64,000 nucleotides of DNA, taken from a candidate division WWE3 bacterium (GTDB taxonomy: Bacteria > Patescibacteriota > WWE3 > UBA101185 > UBA10185). Where the stretch lies: the NCBI GenBank assembly GCA_014729135.1, contig WJKK01000001.1:389462-453461 (forward strand), given 5' to 3'. A program made the translations under genes and the position numbers. Of this stretch, positions 36,405-46,926 are shown piece by piece (the first letter of the stretch is position 1; every line of letters begins with the position of its first letter). Under the pieces are notes generated by a model, which saw nothing but the letters and a program-made list of their open reading frames with translations, was not told the DNA's origin and searched no databases.

Positions 36405-36538
36405 TGTTGAGGATTTTTAGGATTATGAGAAATACAACATTTTATGTTAAACACACATGAAAAAACAACAGAACATGAACGTCTTGCTATTGCGATAACC
36501 GTAGTATCTCTTACGGCCTAAATTCCTCTTTACTAACA
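36405..36538 (+). ncRNA. candidate structured RNA (6S-like) or long rny leader
   Basis: closing stem GAGGATTTTTAGG/CCTAAATTCCTC, inner GAGAAATAC/GTATCTC pairing, A-rich interior, own promoter. Confidence 0.45.
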
Positions 36539-36574
36539 ATTTAAGTTTTACCCTAGTGGTAGAAAGGTTTATTT

Positions 36575-38212
36575 ATGTCAGGATTAGTGTTTGGAATTAT
36601 CATTTCCGCGTTAGTTAGCGGAGGGGCAGTATATTTAGTTTTGGAGTCTAAAAAAGATAAGGGAGTTTCTAAGTCGGATGAACCGGTAGTACCTTCTATG
36701 GAGGGGGAACCGGAGGAAAAGGAAGCTGCAGAAGTGGCTGTAAAAGAAGAAACTCCAATTACGGAGCAGGTGGATGAGGCTACTTTAGCAAAAGCAAATC
36801 TTGCAAAACAGCATCTTATTCGTGAGGCAAAAAATCGTGCAAAAGAAATTCTTCTGGAGGCTAAGGACAAAGGTTTAGAAATAGTAAATGAGGCTGAGGA
36901 AAAGGCGCGTCAGGCAAAAAACGAGGCAGCCGGACTGGAAAAGGATTTAGCTGTTAGGGAGGCCAAAATAGAATCTCACGAAGAAGACATTAAAGAAAAG
37001 GCTGCTGCGCTAAAGCAGGCTCGTGAAGCTATAGAAAAGCGACAAGAGGACATTGATCAGCTATTTCACAAGCAAAAGAAAAAGCTTCAGGAAGTTTCGT
37101 CCTTAACTCGGGAAGAAGCACGTGAGATTTTACTAAAGCGTTTTGACAAGGAGCTGGCGGAAGAAAAAAGCAAGCGAATTCGTGAGCTGGAAAAGGAAAT
37201 AAAAGAAAAAGCGGATTCTAAGTCACAGGAAATCCTTTTGGAGGCTTTGCGCCATGGTTCTACCGACTACATAGTAGAGCACACTACTTCTAAGGTTAAA
37301 TTGGCGGACCCCGATATGAAGGGGAGAATTATAGGTAAGGAAGGCCGTAATATTAAAACTTTTGAAAAGTTAACCGGAGTAGAGCTGGATTTGGATGACT
37401 CTTCAGGTGACATTACGGTTTCTTGTTTTGACTCCGTTCGTAGGGAAATCGGAAAAATTGCCTTAGAGCGGTTAATAGCAGACGGTCGAATTCAGCCGGC
37501 AAGAATTGAGGATATTGTTGAGCAAACTCGCAAAGACATTGAGCACATAATTTACAAGGAAGGCGACAAGCTTTGCCACATGTTGGGAGTTTACGATTTG
37601 CCAAAGGATTTGGTTCGTACTTTGGGCAAGTTTAAGTATCGTTTCTCTTATGGCCAAAATATGACTAAGCACACGCTGGAGGTTGCTAAAATAGGAATTT
37701 CTCTGGCGCAGCAGCTTAATGCTGATGTAGACGTGGTTCGTATGGGGTGTTTGTTGCATGACGTAGGTAAGGTTTTAGGTGACGGTAAAGGCAGCCATGT
37801 AGATCTTGGCCTGGATTATCTAAAAGAGCATGGAGTTTCTCAGGACGTTCTAGCTTGTGTTAAAGAGCACCACGAAGATGATTACAGTTCTATTGAGGCG
37901 GCTATTGTTGCTTTGGCAGATCACATTAGTGGAGCTCGTCCGGGAGCCCGTTCTGAAGATTACGAGTCTTTTTCACAGCGAATGCGAGATTTGGAAGAAG
38001 CAGCTACAGCCTTTGACGGCGTAGAAAAAGCTTATGCCATCTCCTCCGGGAGGGAAGTGCGCGTCTTTGTAGAGCCCGATAAGGTGGATGATGCCTCTAC
38101 GGCCTTGCTAGCAAGAGAGATAGCACGTAAAATAGAGCTAGAGCAGACTTACCCGGGAGTTGTTAATGTGACGGTTATTCGAGAGACACGTAAAATGGAG
38201 ACAGCTCGTTAA
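36575..38212 (+). CDS. rny: ribonuclease Y
   Basis: TM + coiled coil + KH (KGRIIGKEGRNI) + HD (LLHDVGK), ISGARPGAR. Confidence 0.96.
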   Translation: MSGLVFGIIISALVSGGAVYLVLESKKDKGVSKSDEPVVPSMEGEPEEKEAAEVAVKEETPITEQVDEATLAKANLAKQHLIREAKNRAKEILLEAKDKGLEIVNEAEEKARQAKNEAAGLEKDLAVREAKIESHEEDIKEKAAALKQAREAIEKRQEDIDQLFHKQKKKLQEVSSLTREEAREILLKRFDKELAEEKSKRIRELEKEIKEKADSKSQEILLEALRHGSTDYIVEHTTSKVKLADPDMKGRIIGKEGRNIKTFEKLTGVELDLDDSSGDITVSCFDSVRREIGKIALERLIADGRIQPARIEDIVEQTRKDIEHIIYKEGDKLCHMLGVYDLPKDLVRTLGKFKYRFSYGQNMTKHTLEVAKIGISLAQQLNADVDVVRMGCLLHDVGKVLGDGKGSHVDLGLDYLKEHGVSQDVLACVKEHHEDDYSSIEAAIVALADHISGARPGARSEDYESFSQRMRDLEEAATAFDGVEKAYAISSGREVRVFVEPDKVDDASTALLAREIARKIELEQTYPGVVNVTVIRETRKMETAR

Positions 38213-38320
38213 GAAGGGCAGCAAGAAGGTCAGCAGAAGGAGTCTTAAAAAACGGAGCCCCCTGTTAGTGCTAGAGAGCCCCTTTGCTAAACAAACACTG
38301 CTCAAACTAGAAAGCAAAAA

Positions 38321-38533
38321 ATGTACTACATACTTTTAGGAATAGCGTTAATATTAGCTTATTCTTTAGTGACCAAATTGGTTAGTTCCTTAGTTAAGGG
38401 CTGTGCAATTGTTATTGGTTTGGCCCTTTTTGCAGGAGTAGTTTATGTTTTTATTGCTTCCACAAATCGCCCTATAACATTGTTAAATCGTTATGTAGTC
38501 GAAGATTTCACTGTTAGAAAGGTGGCAAATTAA
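38321..38533 (+). CDS. small 2-TM membrane protein
   Basis: hydrophobic 70 aa ORF, TAATG-coupled to the next gene. Confidence 0.7.
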   Translation: MYYILLGIALILAYSLVTKLVSSLVKGCAIVIGLALFAGVVYVFIASTNRPITLLNRYVVEDFTVRKVAN

Positions 38534-39312
38534 TGCGCATTTTATTCATAGGAGACTTAGTAGGACGCCCCGGAAGATCCATTGTAAAAGACTTATTACC
38601 CCAAATTAGAAAAGATGAAGATGTAGACCTCGTTATTGCCTCCGCAGACAACTTAGCAGGAGGTAGAGGGGCTACAAGAGGCACTATAAACGAAACGAGA
38701 GATGCCGGTGTGGACTTTTTTACAGGAGGCGATCACATTTTTCATCATCGCGAATTTGAACAAGACATAGAGGATTTACCTATTGTAAGGCCCGCAAATT
38801 ATCCCGGAGATGCCCCCGGAGTAGGTTATGCTGTTATTGATTTAGGCTCTAAAGGTTCTGTTTTGTTAATTAACTTAATGGGGCGTACAGCTTTCGGGGG
38901 TCCGCAGGCATATTTAGAGGATCCTTTTACAAGAGCAGCTGAAATTTTAGAAGAATTTTCCTCAGAAGAGGATTTAATTAGGTTAGTGGATTTTCATGCA
39001 GAGGCTACAAGTGAGAAGAAAGCATTAGGTTTTTACCTGGATGGGCGTGTTGACGGAGTTTTTGGTACTCACACGCACGTTCCTACTTGTGATGCTCGAA
39101 TTCTCCCTTTAGGAACAGCTTATGTGACGGATGTGGGTATGTCGGGAAATATCGAATCCGTGTTGGGAGTTAAAAAAGATATTATAATCGAGCTTTTCCT
39201 AACCGCGAGACTGCAAAAGTTTGAATGGGAAAACACTGGTACAAAAGCGTTTAGAAGTGTATTATTGAATACGGACTCCAATCACATAAAACGATTGGAT
39301 TTTGAAAAGTAA
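38533..39312 (+). CDS. ymdB: YmdB-family metallophosphoesterase
   Basis: IGDLVG.PGR, RPANYP, DFHAEATSEK, GTHTHV, TDVGM. Confidence 0.93.
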   Translation: MRILFIGDLVGRPGRSIVKDLLPQIRKDEDVDLVIASADNLAGGRGATRGTINETRDAGVDFFTGGDHIFHHREFEQDIEDLPIVRPANYPGDAPGVGYAVIDLGSKGSVLLINLMGRTAFGGPQAYLEDPFTRAAEILEEFSSEEDLIRLVDFHAEATSEKKALGFYLDGRVDGVFGTHTHVPTCDARILPLGTAYVTDVGMSGNIESVLGVKKDIIIELFLTARLQKFEWENTGTKAFRSVLLNTDSNHIKRLDFEK

Positions 39313-39351
39313 TTAATGCCAGGCAGTTTGAAAGGGGGTGTACTAACCTAA

Positions 39352-39627
39352 ATGACAAAAACAGATCTAATAGATTTAGTTGCTGATCAAGCCGGTTTAA
39401 CCAAGGTAGATGCTAAGAAAGCAGTTGACGCTGTTGATGAAATCATCGGAGATGCATTGAGCAGAGGTGAGAAAGTAACTTGGACCGGATTTGGTACCTT
39501 TGAGGTTCGATCACGAGCCGCTCGAATGGGGAGGAATCCTCAGACAGGAGCTCCTATGCGAATTCCTGCAACAAAGACCCCCGCTTTCCGAGCAGGTAAG
39601 GGACTTAAGGACTCAGTTAAGGACTAA
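39352..39627 (+). CDS. hup: HU family DNA-binding protein
   Basis: [21 protein letters not shown]...PAFRAGK.LK. Confidence 0.97.
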   Translation: MTKTDLIDLVADQAGLTKVDAKKAVDAVDEIIGDALSRGEKVTWTGFGTFEVRSRAARMGRNPQTGAPMRIPATKTPAFRAGKGLKDSVKD

Positions 39628-39732
39628 ACATAAACTAAGCTTTATTTAAGCTTTACTGACTTGCGGTTTTAGCTTTTGCTTTGGCTGTGAGTCAATGGAG
39701 GAGGGGCTTTTTCTAAGCTTTTTCTCTAAAAC

Positions 39733-39758
39733 AAAACCCCGTTAATAGCGGGGTTTTT
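39733..39758 (+). terminator. intrinsic terminator
   Basis: AAAACCCCG-TTAATAG-CGGGGTTTTT. Confidence 0.8.
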
Positions 39759-39771
39759 GTATAATTTAAAC

Positions 39772-40908
39772 ATGAAAATCGGAATAGATTGCCAATACCT
39801 ATCCAAAAAATACCCTGCAGGACCTGAAAAATACCTCATAAACTTATTAAACGCCCTATCAAAGACAGATAAATCCAATAATTACACCCTTTACTTCAAA
39901 TCCACTCCCTCACAAAAATTACTAAAAACACTTACAAACGCTTCCTCAAATTTTTACTCTAAAGTTTTAAACTCAAACCTCTCATGGACACAACACGCTC
40001 TAACAAAAGAACTCCTAAAAAATCCCCCTGACGTTTTCTTTACAGCCTTTCACACACTTCCTGTTTTAGCAACATTTCCTCCATTTAAAGCGCTTAAAAA
40101 AACAAAAATTGTAAGCATGATTCATGGAATTGATTACATCTACGAATACAAAAATCCATTACGCAAATTTTGGGAAGGTCTGCCCTTGCGTTACACTGCT
40201 TACTTCTCGGATGCAATTATTGTTCCGGCAGCACACACAAAAGAAAAACTTTCCAAATTTCCTTGGCTAGTAGCCTCCAAAAAAATAACTGTAATTCCTG
40301 AAGGGGTTGATAATCGCTTTAAAAAATACTCCCAAGATCAAGTAAAACAAGTTCAAGAAAAATTTAACTTAGCACAAAAGCCTTACTTTCTTTTCATCTC
40401 CACAATTCAACCGCGAAAAAATATCCCTAACTTAGTAGCTGGATTTGCCCAAGCTTTAAAATCCGATCAAATCCCTGAAAATGCAGTTTTAGCTTTAGCA
40501 GGAAAAAAAGGATGGGACTATGAAGAAAGCTTAGAAGCTCCTCAAAAATACAACGTACAAAAAAACGTAAAATTTTTAGGCCGTATTTCTGATCAAGACT
40601 TACCCCCTTTACTTTCAGGAGCAACTGCTTTTGTTAGCACCTCCTTTGAAGAAGGCTTTGGACTTCCCTTGTTAGAGGCAATGGCTAGTGAAGTTCCTTG
40701 TGTAGTTTCGGAAATACCTTCATATAAAGCTTTAGCAAAAGAAACCGCTGTTTTTGTAGACCCTTATGATCCCGACTCCATTGCAAAAGGACTAGCAGAG
40801 GCTTCCACTACAAATCCGCAAACCCTAAAAAAAGCCAAAGAAACGGCACAAAAATACTCCTGGGAGGAAACCGCCAAAAAAACATTACAAGTATTTAAAA
40901 ACACCTAA
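39772..40908 (+). CDS. GT4 glycosyltransferase (MtfB/WbaZ-like)
   Basis: MKIGID, PRKNIP, EGFGLPLLEAMA. Confidence 0.92.
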   Translation: MKIGIDCQYLSKKYPAGPEKYLINLLNALSKTDKSNNYTLYFKSTPSQKLLKTLTNASSNFYSKVLNSNLSWTQHALTKELLKNPPDVFFTAFHTLPVLATFPPFKALKKTKIVSMIHGIDYIYEYKNPLRKFWEGLPLRYTAYFSDAIIVPAAHTKEKLSKFPWLVASKKITVIPEGVDNRFKKYSQDQVKQVQEKFNLAQKPYFLFISTIQPRKNIPNLVAGFAQALKSDQIPENAVLALAGKKGWDYEESLEAPQKYNVQKNVKFLGRISDQDLPPLLSGATAFVSTSFEEGFGLPLLEAMASEVPCVVSEIPSYKALAKETAVFVDPYDPDSIAKGLAEASTTNPQTLKKAKETAQKYSWEETAKKTLQVFKNT

Positions 40909-40993
40909 GCTATTATTTAAGACACCTAAAGCCCAAAAGCAAACCAACCTTTTTTACTTTTTACAACAAACAAAATCCACTATAATTTAAACA

Positions 40994-42049
40994 ATGCCTA
41001 TAAACCTGCTCGACGATCAGACAAAAATAGTCAACGATTGGCGCAAAGACAATCATGCCATTAAAAAATACAGCTTTTTGCATTTAGTTCTACCGCATCC
41101 CGAAGAAAAGCGCAGGGCTAAGCTTTTATCTTCAAAAGCGCTTTCAATTTATACGCTAATTTTAGTTCTAATTTTTGGGGCTTTTAAATTTATTCCACGT
41201 GTGGCTCCCGGAGTTTTGGGATATGCCTCTAACATTCATGTTCAAAATTTGCTGAAGGAAACTAATAAAATTCGTGCTGAGTCGGGTCTTGCTCCTTTAA
41301 AGATGAACAACGCTTTGTCACGGGCGGCACAGGCCAAAGCAAAGGACATGTTTGAGGACAATTATTGGGCGCATGTGGCTCCGGATGGGACGCAGCCTTG
41401 GGATTTCATTTTGCAGGCCGGTTATGATTATTCTTTTGCGGGCGAGAATTTGGCAAAAAACTTTAATGAATCTTCTGAGGTGGTTCGTGCTTGGTATGAT
41501 TCGCCTTCACATAGGGAAAATCTTTTAAGTGCAAATTATGATGAGATAGGTTTTGCAGTTGTTAATGGCGTTTTGGATGGTTATGAGACGACTTTGGTTG
41601 TGCAAACTTTTGGTCGGCAGCGAACGCCTACGTATTTGAGTTCGGCTAGTAATGAGCCTGTAGAGACTATAGAGGAGTCTGTTCCGGCGGAGGCTCCGGG
41701 GGAGACGCAGGGTTTGCAGGAGGTTTCCACAGATTTAGAGCAGATGGCGCCAAATGAAGATACAGAGGTGATCTTACTGGAGGAGTCCAAGCCCACCGCT
41801 ACTATTGACCTCCCCGGAGGTTTGCCTGAAGAAGACATAACGTTACCTGCTATAGACATAACTGCAGCCTCTCAATTTATAAACATTGGTTTTGTAGGCT
41901 TTTTGGGAAGTTTGTTAGTTGTAGACATTTGGTATTCAAAAAGAAAAGGCATTCGCAAAATTTCCGGGCATGCTTTGGCACACATTTTATTCTTGATTTT
42001 TGCATTTGTAGGTATGTGGTTTGCTTTATCACCGGGAAAGATTTTGTAG
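40994..42049 (+). CDS. CAP/SCP-domain membrane protein
   Basis: N..R...GL..L, AQAKAKDM...YWAH, AGENLA, W..SPSHRENLL; terminal TMs. Confidence 0.9.
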   Translation: MPINLLDDQTKIVNDWRKDNHAIKKYSFLHLVLPHPEEKRRAKLLSSKALSIYTLILVLIFGAFKFIPRVAPGVLGYASNIHVQNLLKETNKIRAESGLAPLKMNNALSRAAQAKAKDMFEDNYWAHVAPDGTQPWDFILQAGYDYSFAGENLAKNFNESSEVVRAWYDSPSHRENLLSANYDEIGFAVVNGVLDGYETTLVVQTFGRQRTPTYLSSASNEPVETIEESVPAEAPGETQGLQEVSTDLEQMAPNEDTEVILLEESKPTATIDLPGGLPEEDITLPAIDITAASQFINIGFVGFLGSLLVVDIWYSKRKGIRKISGHALAHILFLIFAFVGMWFALSPGKIL

Positions 42050-42091
42050 TGCTTCAGCGGTAGTAAGGCCCAATATCAAAACTAAAACTTT

Positions 42092-42349
42092 ATGACACAA
42101 CACGAAAAACACATAGCACATTACTCCATTTTAATAAGTGGTCTAGGTCTTTTAGGCGTTCTATTCATCCTTTTTCGATACAATGAACCGCTTCAAATCT
42201 TTGTAGGTGGCTTGGGTTGTCTTTTTTACATTCTTTGGGGTATATTTCATCATGCTTTGGAAGAGCGAATTACCAAACTTGTGGTGTTTGAGTACGTTTC
42301 TTTTGGGTTGCTGGGCTTAATTTTGCTGATTTTATTTGTGACGATATAG
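42092..42349 (+). CDS. small 3-TM membrane protein
   Basis: hydrophobic 85 aa; YILWGIFHH. Confidence 0.75.
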   Translation: MTQHEKHIAHYSILISGLGLLGVLFILFRYNEPLQIFVGGLGCLFYILWGIFHHALEERITKLVVFEYVSFGLLGLILLILFVTI

Positions 42350-42446
42350 ACTTCTGTGAAAGGCGCTCCAATTGGAATCACGAAAAAACTTTGCAAATCT
42401 AAAACTCCATTTGTGCTTAAGGCCTTAGCCGTTTAAAATTTAATCT

Positions 42447-43574
42447 ATGAAAACAGTTATTGTAATTCCCACTTATAACGAGCGGGAAAATATTCAAAAG
42501 CTTATTCCTGCCGTTGAAGACGTTTTAACAGAGGTTCCCGAAAAGCATGAAGTTTCTATTTTAGTAGTCGACGGCAATTCCCCGGATGGTACCGGTGAAG
42601 TGGTAGAGCAGTTTTCAGAGGAGTATCCCAACGTTCACCTTTTGCTGGAAAATGAAAAGAATGGTTTAGGTGCTGCTTACGTTTATGGCTTTAAGTACGC
42701 TATGAATGAAATGGATGCCGACGTCATTATAGAAATGGATGCCGACTTTCAGCATGATCCTGCGGACTTGCCTCGTTTTATAAAAGCTATAGAAGAAGGC
42801 GCTGATTATGTTATAGGCTCCCGTTTTGTTAAAGGGGGAAGTATCCCTAAAGACTGGGCTTTTTACAGAAAGTTTTTAAGTTGGGGTGGAAGCCTTTTTT
42901 CCAAAGTAGTTTTAGGTATTTTTAGTGTTAACGACTTTACAACAGGTTACAAAGCTTCAAGAGTTAAAGGTTTTGTAGACAAGATGGATTTAGATGCAAT
43001 TTTATCCCAAGGATTTGCCTACAAAATAGATTTATTACATCGCATGCATCGTTTAGGGTCTAAAATAAAGGAAATCCCCATTGATTTTGCTTTGCGTGAA
43101 GAGGGCGACTCTAAAATGGAAGGCAACAATATGCTTGATTCCTTACGAGTAGTTTTAACGCTGCGCCTTCGCGAACTTCAGCGATTTTTAAAGTTTATAG
43201 TTGTGGGATTTATAGGACTTTTCACCGATTTAGGCCTTTTCAACCTGCTCATCCTTTTAACGACATTACCTGAAAAATACTCCAGTGGAGCTTCCGGATT
43301 CATTGCCATGAACGTAACCTTTCTATTAAATAACTTTTGGTCCTTTGGCGACTCCAAAGTAACCAAAGTCAGCAACATCCTCAAAAAAGTACCCCTTTAT
43401 TACCTAATTTCCTACGCTCCTATAATCTTTAGAAGTTGGCTAATAAACTTTTCACTTCAAAACATTGCAGACAACTGGCTAGTGGCAAATCTTGCTTTCT
43501 TTATGGGAATTACCATAGGCTTAATCTGGAATTTTACTTTTTATAGTAAAATAATCTGGCAGAAAAATGATTGA
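42447..43574 (+). CDS. polyprenol-phosphate sugar synthase (GT2, Dpm1-like) fused to GtrA domain
   Basis: IPTYNE, VDGNSPDGT, MDADFQH, IGSRF; C-terminal RFLKFIVVG...FLLN..W.F...WNF. Confidence 0.9.
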   Translation: MKTVIVIPTYNERENIQKLIPAVEDVLTEVPEKHEVSILVVDGNSPDGTGEVVEQFSEEYPNVHLLLENEKNGLGAAYVYGFKYAMNEMDADVIIEMDADFQHDPADLPRFIKAIEEGADYVIGSRFVKGGSIPKDWAFYRKFLSWGGSLFSKVVLGIFSVNDFTTGYKASRVKGFVDKMDLDAILSQGFAYKIDLLHRMHRLGSKIKEIPIDFALREEGDSKMEGNNMLDSLRVVLTLRLRELQRFLKFIVVGFIGLFTDLGLFNLLILLTTLPEKYSSGASGFIAMNVTFLLNNFWSFGDSKVTKVSNILKKVPLYYLISYAPIIFRSWLINFSLQNIADNWLVANLAFFMGITIGLIWNFTFYSKIIWQKND

Positions 43575-44322
43575 TTATTCTATAGTTATACCCGCTTATA
43601 ATGAGTCGGGGAAAATAACTGCCTCCTTAACTCAGGTTGTAAATTTTATGAACTCTTTTAATGAGTCTTATGAAGTTGTAGTGGTGGATGATGGTAGTGA
43701 AGACGATACGGTGGCAAAGATTGAGGCTTATCAAAAGGAGCATCCGAAAATTCGTTTAATTAAGAATCCGCATAAAGGGAAGGGTCCGACAGTTTGGAAG
43801 GGTATTATGGAGGCTAAAGGTAACTATATTTATTTGGCGGATGCTGATCTTTCTTCTCCTATGGAGGAGCTTAAAAAGATGGCGGTTTGGCTTACGGATC
43901 ATGATTATGATTTGGCCATAGCCTCTCGGGAAGGTCATGGTGCTCAAAGAGTAGATGAACCTTTTTATCGGCATTTAATGGGGCGCGTTTTTAATTTTTG
44001 GGTACAGGTTGTGGCTTTACCGGGAATAAAAGACTCCCAATGTGGTTTCAAGCTTTTTAAAAATGAGGTGGCAAAGGATATTTTTTCACGTTTAACAATT
44101 TATGGTGAAGATGCTCCTGAAATTAAAAAAGCTTACATGGGAGCTTTTGATGTAGAGGTTTTATTTATTGCTTTGCAGCTTGGTTACAAGATTAAGGAGG
44201 TTCCTGTGAAATGGGTTTATGTGGAGACTACGCGTTTAAACCCTCTTTCAGATTCAATAGATATGGCTTTGGACGTGCTAAAAGTAAGATTAAATACTTT
44301 AAAAGGAGTTTATAATTTATGA
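43567..44322 (+). CDS. GT2 polyprenyl-phosphate glucosyltransferase (ALG5-like)
   Basis: VIPAYNE, DDGSED, DADLS, DSQCGFKLF, FDVE. Confidence 0.88.
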   Translation: MIDYSIVIPAYNESGKITASLTQVVNFMNSFNESYEVVVVDDGSEDDTVAKIEAYQKEHPKIRLIKNPHKGKGPTVWKGIMEAKGNYIYLADADLSSPMEELKKMAVWLTDHDYDLAIASREGHGAQRVDEPFYRHLMGRVFNFWVQVVALPGIKDSQCGFKLFKNEVAKDIFSRLTIYGEDAPEIKKAYMGAFDVEVLFIALQLGYKIKEVPVKWVYVETTRLNPLSDSIDMALDVLKVRLNTLKGVYNL

Positions 44323-45683
44323 AATTATGTGTCGTAGGTACAGGATATGTTGGTTTAGTGGGAGCAGCGGTTTTTGCAGATTGGGGTAATGAAGTTGTGG
44401 GAGTTGATATTGATGAGGAGAAGATTAAAAAGATTCAATCGGGTGAGATGCCAATTTATGAACCGGGTTTGGCGGAAATTGTTTTAGATAACATTGATCA
44501 GGGGAGGCTTACTTTTACCACTTCGTTGGCCAAGGGCATGAAGGATGCTGATTTAGTTTTTATTTGTGTGGGAACTCCTCAGGATGATAAGACCGGTGCT
44601 GCTAATTTAAGTGCCGTTTTAGGGGTTGCGGCAGAAATTGGCGGGAATTTGGATGGTTATAAGGTTGTTGTTACTAAGAGCACTGTTCCTGTTGGTACCA
44701 ATGAGCGTGTTAAGCAGATAGTTCGTGAAAATGCTCCTAAAGGAGCTCACTTTGATGTCGCTTCAAATCCGGAGTTTTTGCGGGAGGGTTCCTCTGTTGA
44801 GGACATGAATGTAACAGATCGTGTGGTTATTGGGGCGGAGTCGGAAAAAGCTTTTGAGAAGGTGAAAAGCTTGTATGACCACTTGAATGCGGTTATCGTT
44901 GAAACGGATTTGCGGTCGGCGGAGATGATTAAGTATGCTTCTAATTCTTTTTTGGCTACTAAAATTTCCTTTATTAATGAGATGGCTCAGATTTGTGAGC
45001 GCGCAGGGGCGGATGTTAGTGAAGTTGCTTACGGGATGGGACTTGATAAGCGTGTTGGTAAGTACTTTTTGCGTGCCGGGATAGGTTATGGAGGTAGTTG
45101 TTTCCCTAAGGACGTGGCTGCTTTGTATAAAACTTCTACTGATAAAGCTTACGATTTTAAGTTGCTGCGATCGGTTATGGAGGTAAATGAAAATCAGCGC
45201 CATTATTTTATGGATAAGGTTACGGATTATTTTGGGATGAATTTGGACGGCAAGACGATTGCTTGTTTAGGTCTGGCTTTTAAGTCTAATACGGATGATA
45301 TTCGGGAGTCGGTTTCTATTAAGATTGTACAGGCTTTGCGTGGTTTGGGGGCTAAAATCAAGGCTTATGATCCTAAGGCTATGGAAAATGCTCAAGGAGT
45401 TTTGGGTGACTTTGGGATTGAGTATGGCGAGGGGATTTATGAGGTTATGAAAGATGCTGATGGTTTGTGTTTGTTAACCGAATGGAGCCAATTTGGCGAG
45501 TTGGATTTGGAGCGGGTTAAGCAGGAGATGAAGGGTAAGGTGATTTTTGACGGTCGCAATTTGCTTGATAAAGAGGCGGTTGAAAAGGCGGGCTTTACGT
45601 ATTTTGCCATTGGTAAGCGTACAAACGGAGGGGAATATGGCCGGTTTGAGGGTGGTTCTGCTATTTTAAAGGATGCCTCTTAA
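44319..45683 (+). CDS. ugd: UDP-glucose 6-dehydrogenase family
   Basis: GTGYVG, KSTVPVGT, SNPEFLREG, GYGGSCFPKD. Confidence 0.95.
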   Translation: MKLCVVGTGYVGLVGAAVFADWGNEVVGVDIDEEKIKKIQSGEMPIYEPGLAEIVLDNIDQGRLTFTTSLAKGMKDADLVFICVGTPQDDKTGAANLSAVLGVAAEIGGNLDGYKVVVTKSTVPVGTNERVKQIVRENAPKGAHFDVASNPEFLREGSSVEDMNVTDRVVIGAESEKAFEKVKSLYDHLNAVIVETDLRSAEMIKYASNSFLATKISFINEMAQICERAGADVSEVAYGMGLDKRVGKYFLRAGIGYGGSCFPKDVAALYKTSTDKAYDFKLLRSVMEVNENQRHYFMDKVTDYFGMNLDGKTIACLGLAFKSNTDDIRESVSIKIVQALRGLGAKIKAYDPKAMENAQGVLGDFGIEYGEGIYEVMKDADGLCLLTEWSQFGELDLERVKQEMKGKVIFDGRNLLDKEAVEKAGFTYFAIGKRTNGGEYGRFEGGSAILKDAS

Positions 45684-46926
45684 TAACAATCTTAAAGACA
45701 ATAAAAGTGGTATGAAAAGGGTTTTGGTTTTGGTGCCTGAATTTCCTCGGTTAACTGAGACGTTTATTCAACGTGAAATTTCTAAGTTGATTGAGCTTGG
45801 TAATTTGGATGTTACGGTTTTTGCTATGGCAAAGGCAACTGGGAAGTTGATGGATAATGTCAAGGGTCACGTTGTTTATAAGCGCTTGTCTGTGGTTTCC
45901 GGTATTCGGGCTTTTTTCTATTTTTTACCGCAATTGGCTAAGGTTTTGCGGGTTTACTTCTGGTTTATTCGGCAAAGTTTAGCTGAAAAGGAAGCGTGTG
46001 TTCTGAAGGCTCCTTACTTTTTTGCCAAAAGTTGCGGTTATGCCTATTTATTTGCTGAAGAGACTCCGGAGTATATTCATGCCAACTTTATGTCCTGGCC
46101 CTCTACTATGGCGCTGATTGCCTCCAAGTTGCTGGATATCCCTTATAGCATTTCAGCCCATGCCAAGGATGTAATGGTGGAGGGGGAGTACTTTGAGGCA
46201 AAGGTGGCTAGCGCTAAGTTTATTGCAATTTGTAATGTTTATGCTTATAAATCGTGTCTGGACCAGTCCGGTAAAAAGGATCCCAAGAATGTTTTGCTTA
46301 GGTATCACGGGATTGATCCTTCCAAGGCTTTTGATGTGGATGTAAGTGTTGAAAAGCCGGCTAGAGTGGTTTTATGTAATGTAGGTGATCGATTGGTTGC
46401 TAAGAAGGGGCAGAAGTATCTTATTGAGGCTGCAAAAATTCTTAAAGATAGGGGTTATGATTTTGAGTTGCATATTGGCGGTCCTGGTCCTTTGTATGAG
46501 GAGTTGATGGCGCAAATTAAGGATTTAGGTTTGACGGATGTGGTGTTTATTCATGGTGAGGGTGAGGGGGTGCCTTTTGAAACGGTGGTGTCTTATTTAA
46601 AGATTGCGGATATTGTGGTTAAGTCGAATATTAATTTGGGTTCGGGGGATGCTGATGGGATTCCTACTTCGGTTATTGAGGCGGCAATGATGGGGAAGCC
46701 TGTTGTGGCAACGGATGCGGGTAGTGTTACTGATTTGATTGTTAATGAGGAGACGGGTTTGATAGTTTCGCAGCGGAATCCGGAGGAGTTGGCTGAGGCG
46801 GTTGTAAGGCTTTTGGATAATCCCGATTTAGCGAGTGAGTTAGCTTCTTCGGCAAAGGAAAAAGCGTTTGAAATGTTTGATTTAACCCGAAATGTGCAAG
46901 AAATCGAGCAACTGATTCTGAACTAG
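45673..46926 (+). CDS. GT4 glycosyltransferase (WcaL-like)
   Basis: FPRLTETFI.RE, SAHAKD, KKG, DGIPTSVIEA. Confidence 0.9.
   Translation: MPLNNNLKDNKSGMKRVLVLVPEFPRLTETFIQREISKLIELGNLDVTVFAMAKATGKLMDNVKGHVVYKRLSVVSGIRAFFYFLPQLAKVLRVYFWFIRQSLAEKEACVLKAPYFFAKSCGYAYLFAEETPEYIHANFMSWPSTMALIASKLLDIPYSISAHAKDVMVEGEYFEAKVASAKFIAICNVYAYKSCLDQSGKKDPKNVLLRYHGIDPSKAFDVDVSVEKPARVVLCNVGDRLVAKKGQKYLIEAAKILKDRGYDFELHIGGPGPLYEELMAQIKDLGLTDVVFIHGEGEGVPFETVVSYLKIADIVVKSNINLGSGDADGIPTSVIEAAMMGKPVVATDAGSVTDLIVNEETGLIVSQRNPEELAEAVVRLLDNPDLASELASSAKEKAFEMFDLTRNVQEIEQLILN

Noticed and set aside
38213-38250. Short direct repeats AAGAAGG(G/T)CAGC after rny
   Set aside because: Only 2-3 degenerate copies with no spacers; not CRISPR, probably low-complexity sequence.
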